From Oikopleura dioica (lineage: Eukaryota; Animalia; Chordata): a stretch of DNA of 64,000 nucleotides. Below the pieces are notes generated by a model. That model did no database searches. It was given only the letters and a program-made list of their open reading frames with translations, and was not told where the DNA came from. Within the stretch, counting starts at the first letter, position 1. Each line of letters starts with the position of its first letter. The stretch lies in NCBI GenBank assembly GCA_907165135.1, contig OU015568.1, positions 9,486,001-9,550,000 of the forward strand, read 5' to 3'. A program made the position numbers and the translations under genes. Of the stretch, positions 61,392 to 64,000 are shown one piece after another.

Positions 61392-64000
61392 TTAGTGATT
61401 TTTGGTAAACGAAGGAGCACTTTGGAGCACGACAGTGTGCGCCTGTTGCTGCTGCTGCGGCGGAGGGTTAAATTGCGGCTGTTGTTGTTGCTGCTGCTGG
61501 CTGACTTGTTGTACTGTCTGATTGCTGCTGTTATTTTGTGAGTTCCGCGATGCCTCTGATTCGTCCTTCTTCCTCTTTGTCGCGTATTTGTAGACTTTGT
61601 TCGGATCTCGCTCGACACCGTCAAGGCCCCAGTCGTCGTTGGGACTTTTTCGTTGTTTGTAAAAAATAGAGATGAATGGCTCTGTCGGATGCATTGCTTT
61701 TCCTGGGTGGATCTTTTTGAAGTGCGCACTAAAAATGAATTTTAAAGAAACCAGAAAGAAAACGATCAACTTACAATCTGTCATTATCATCCTTCGCCGC
61801 GACGAGTCCTCGGAAAATATCCAACCTCTGAGCGACGGAATTTCGATGGCACATTCGGCATACTTCGACGGACTCGATTTCCTCGATCGTGTGCACTTGC
61901 TCAAGATGCTTGCGGAAGTGGGGGACTGTGAGTTCTTTGCAGCCGCCGCCGCGATCGTCGCACATTGGGCAGATGATCTTCTGGTAGAATTGGCGCGCGT
62001 TCCAGACGTACACTTCTCCGCGCTCGCATTTTAGTTTAGGCATGCGTTCTGAATATTACGTTTTGTCAAATAACTAATGTGTGGGTTTGGGTAGGGTTAA
62101 GTCGGTTGAAGTTCTTTTTTACCTTTCTTTCGTTGTTTCTCGGCGTCCCGTTCCTCCTGGTCGTCTTCTGTCTTGACCAAAATCTCTTGAATATTTTGCG
62201 CAGTTGCTAAACTGTGCTGCTGTAAATTGTTGCTCATTTTTGTGTTATTCGGATCGTGGGAGAGTTGCCTCTGGAGAGAGACTTGCATAGGTTGTGGTTG
62301 GTGCGGATGAGGGTCCACTTGCATCATATGGGCATTGTTCGGGTTCACTTGCATATGATGCGCGTTCATCATGTGCATGGTGGACTGAAAAAAGAGTTGA
62401 AATTTTCAACTTGAAAAGTGGGTACGAAGAGGGTGTTCTTACGTTTGGATGGGCAGGCTGAACTTGAGGAGAATGAAGAATTTGAGGTATTCGTTGTTGG
62501 TTCGGTTGTCTATCACCTGCCTTAGGCAGCCTAGAAAGTATAAGTTAATCTAAGTTTAACATAAATTGTTTAGCTTACGGTCGCGCCATAAAAGATTGAT
62601 GTTGTTGCTGCTGCGGTTGGTGATGATGATTTTGGCGATTTTGGTCTGGGTTGTTGAGCGAAAGGTTCGGTTCAAAGTGTTGCGGCAGCGCGATATCGAA
62701 GTCACCGAAACTCGTGTCGATATCGAGATTGAGGCTGTGCTCGGCATTAATCGTGAAATTGAAAGCAGGATCCGCCTTGACCGAGTTCAACGACGAGCTA
62801 TCATGATGCGATGAAACGTCCATCATCGCCACAGCTTGGCGCGATGTTCCCGGTTGATTCGTGCGGATCGGTGTGGTTCGGATAGCTTGTTGTGTGCTTT
62901 GGGGGCTTTGGGAAGGTAAACACTGTGACTGAGATTGGAGTGGGCTTCGGAGGAACGAGGGCTCCTCCGTTTTGATTTCTTGCTTCATGCTGGCCGGACT
63001 TGGCAGCGAGGTCGACTGCGAACGCTGTGGTGGAGGAAATGAGTTGGATATAATCTAAAGTCCCTGATATATTGTTTTTAGGTGAGTTTTACCTGAATTG
63101 TGTCCATTTTTGAGGAGTGCTGTAAGTTGTTTTGATTTTGATGTTGATGATGGTGCGTTTGATGATGTTGCTGTGGTTGTTGTTGTTGATGATGGTGATG
63201 GTGTTGATGATGCATTTGATTGCTCGAAGAAGCTTGCTGCAGACGAATAGGAATCTGATGAGGCACCACCGACATTGGATCACCAGGACCAGGCGATGGT
63301 GGTTCCAATTTAATCTGAGCAGGAGCAGAGTGTTGTCGATGAATCCCTTGCTGCTGCTGGATGCCCATGCTTGTCGGTTGCCTTTGCTGCTGGACTTTCG
63401 GTGGTGGTGGCGACATCTGCATCGGAGAGACATTTGGTAACTGGCTGGAGGAAGAAACGCGGGGAGATGAAGCGTGCGAGGGCAGTTGTGTAGTAGAGGA
63501 GGAGGAAGTGGAAGTTGGGGGAGGAACGTGCTTGAGAGGAACTTGAGGGCTTTTCTGCGGCGAGGGAGACGATTTTGCCGCCGAGTGTGAGTTTTTGTCC
63601 GTGCTATGGTGAGACGTCCGTTTTCTGCGCGACTGTGAAGCTTCTTTCTTTTCCCAAGCGGAGACAAATTTTATTTCCTCGCCTTTATGCTCCAATTCTT
63701 CATGCTCCTGAAATCGTCTAAATCTGAGACGTAAAAATAACTCTACCTGGCGTTGGTCGAGTGTAAAAAATAAGCTTGAGAAATCGGGCAAGCCGAGGCC
63801 ACTTTCTTTCGCCTCCTTCGCCTTGTCGATTCCAATATGATAGCATTTCAAGCAAAGGACGAGATTTTTCGAATGCTCAATTTCATTCTCTTTTTTGTGA
63901 ACTTCCGTAATGTGCCGCCGCCAGTAATCGGCGCGGATAAAGTTGATACCGCTCTTGGACGGATCTTCGGAGCGAATGCAGAAGGGACACACAACTTTAC
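61392..64000 (-). CDS. C2H2-type zinc-finger protein with Gln/His/Ser/Pro low-complexity regions; 5' end outside the window
   Basis: CPFC...HITEVH, CLKC...HEELEH, CPMC...HLEQVH, CRMC...HFKKIH, polyQ/H tracts and KQEIKTEE/IKLEP SUMO-like motifs. Confidence 0.6.
63140..63215 (-). repeat. CAY/CAR trinucleotide-rich coding tract (poly-His/Gln)
   Basis: Forward-strand tgttgttgttgatgatggtgatggtgttgatgatg encodes HHQHHHHHQQQQPQQHHQTHHHQHQ on the minus strand. Confidence 0.7.

Overview
Gene-dense metazoan (eukaryotic) DNA, not prokaryotic. I see about 27 intron-containing or short protein genes. Many introns are about 40-70 nt, several have well-supported non-canonical GA-AG or GC-AG donors, and tightly spaced co-directional genes form operon-like runs. 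Together these point to an appendicularian tunicate such as Oikopleura dioica (inference, not proven). Recognisable genes: an AIG1/FAR-17a-like membrane protein, LTN1, HDAC8, PFK, COPS7-like, cyclin K, DENND5, alanyl-tRNA synthetase, a CD36/SCARB receptor, MAP9-like, an SK channel (KCNN), SAFB-like, choline dehydrogenase, NAGK, ORMDL, GET3/ASNA1 and a C2H2 zinc-finger gene. Top observation: the alanyl-tRNA synthetase carries an N-terminal GST-like domain of the eEF1Bgamma/ValRS type, which is not a known AlaRS appendage. It is preceded by a mitochondrial-presequence-like leader and an out-of-frame uORF that could partition two isoforms. Also notable: a TA-flanked foldback/MITE with tandem-repeat arms in SAFB intron 1, a Met-rich repetitive secreted protein, a possible FN2-TSP1-FAM187 fusion receptor, and a likely catalytically altered AIG1 homologue. 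Several conserved genes have 1-2 nt frameshifts in homopolymer or dinucleotide runs, most likely long-read assembly errors. No rRNA, tRNA or CRISPR array was recognised. Gene boundaries were inferred by hand, and some ends are approximate.
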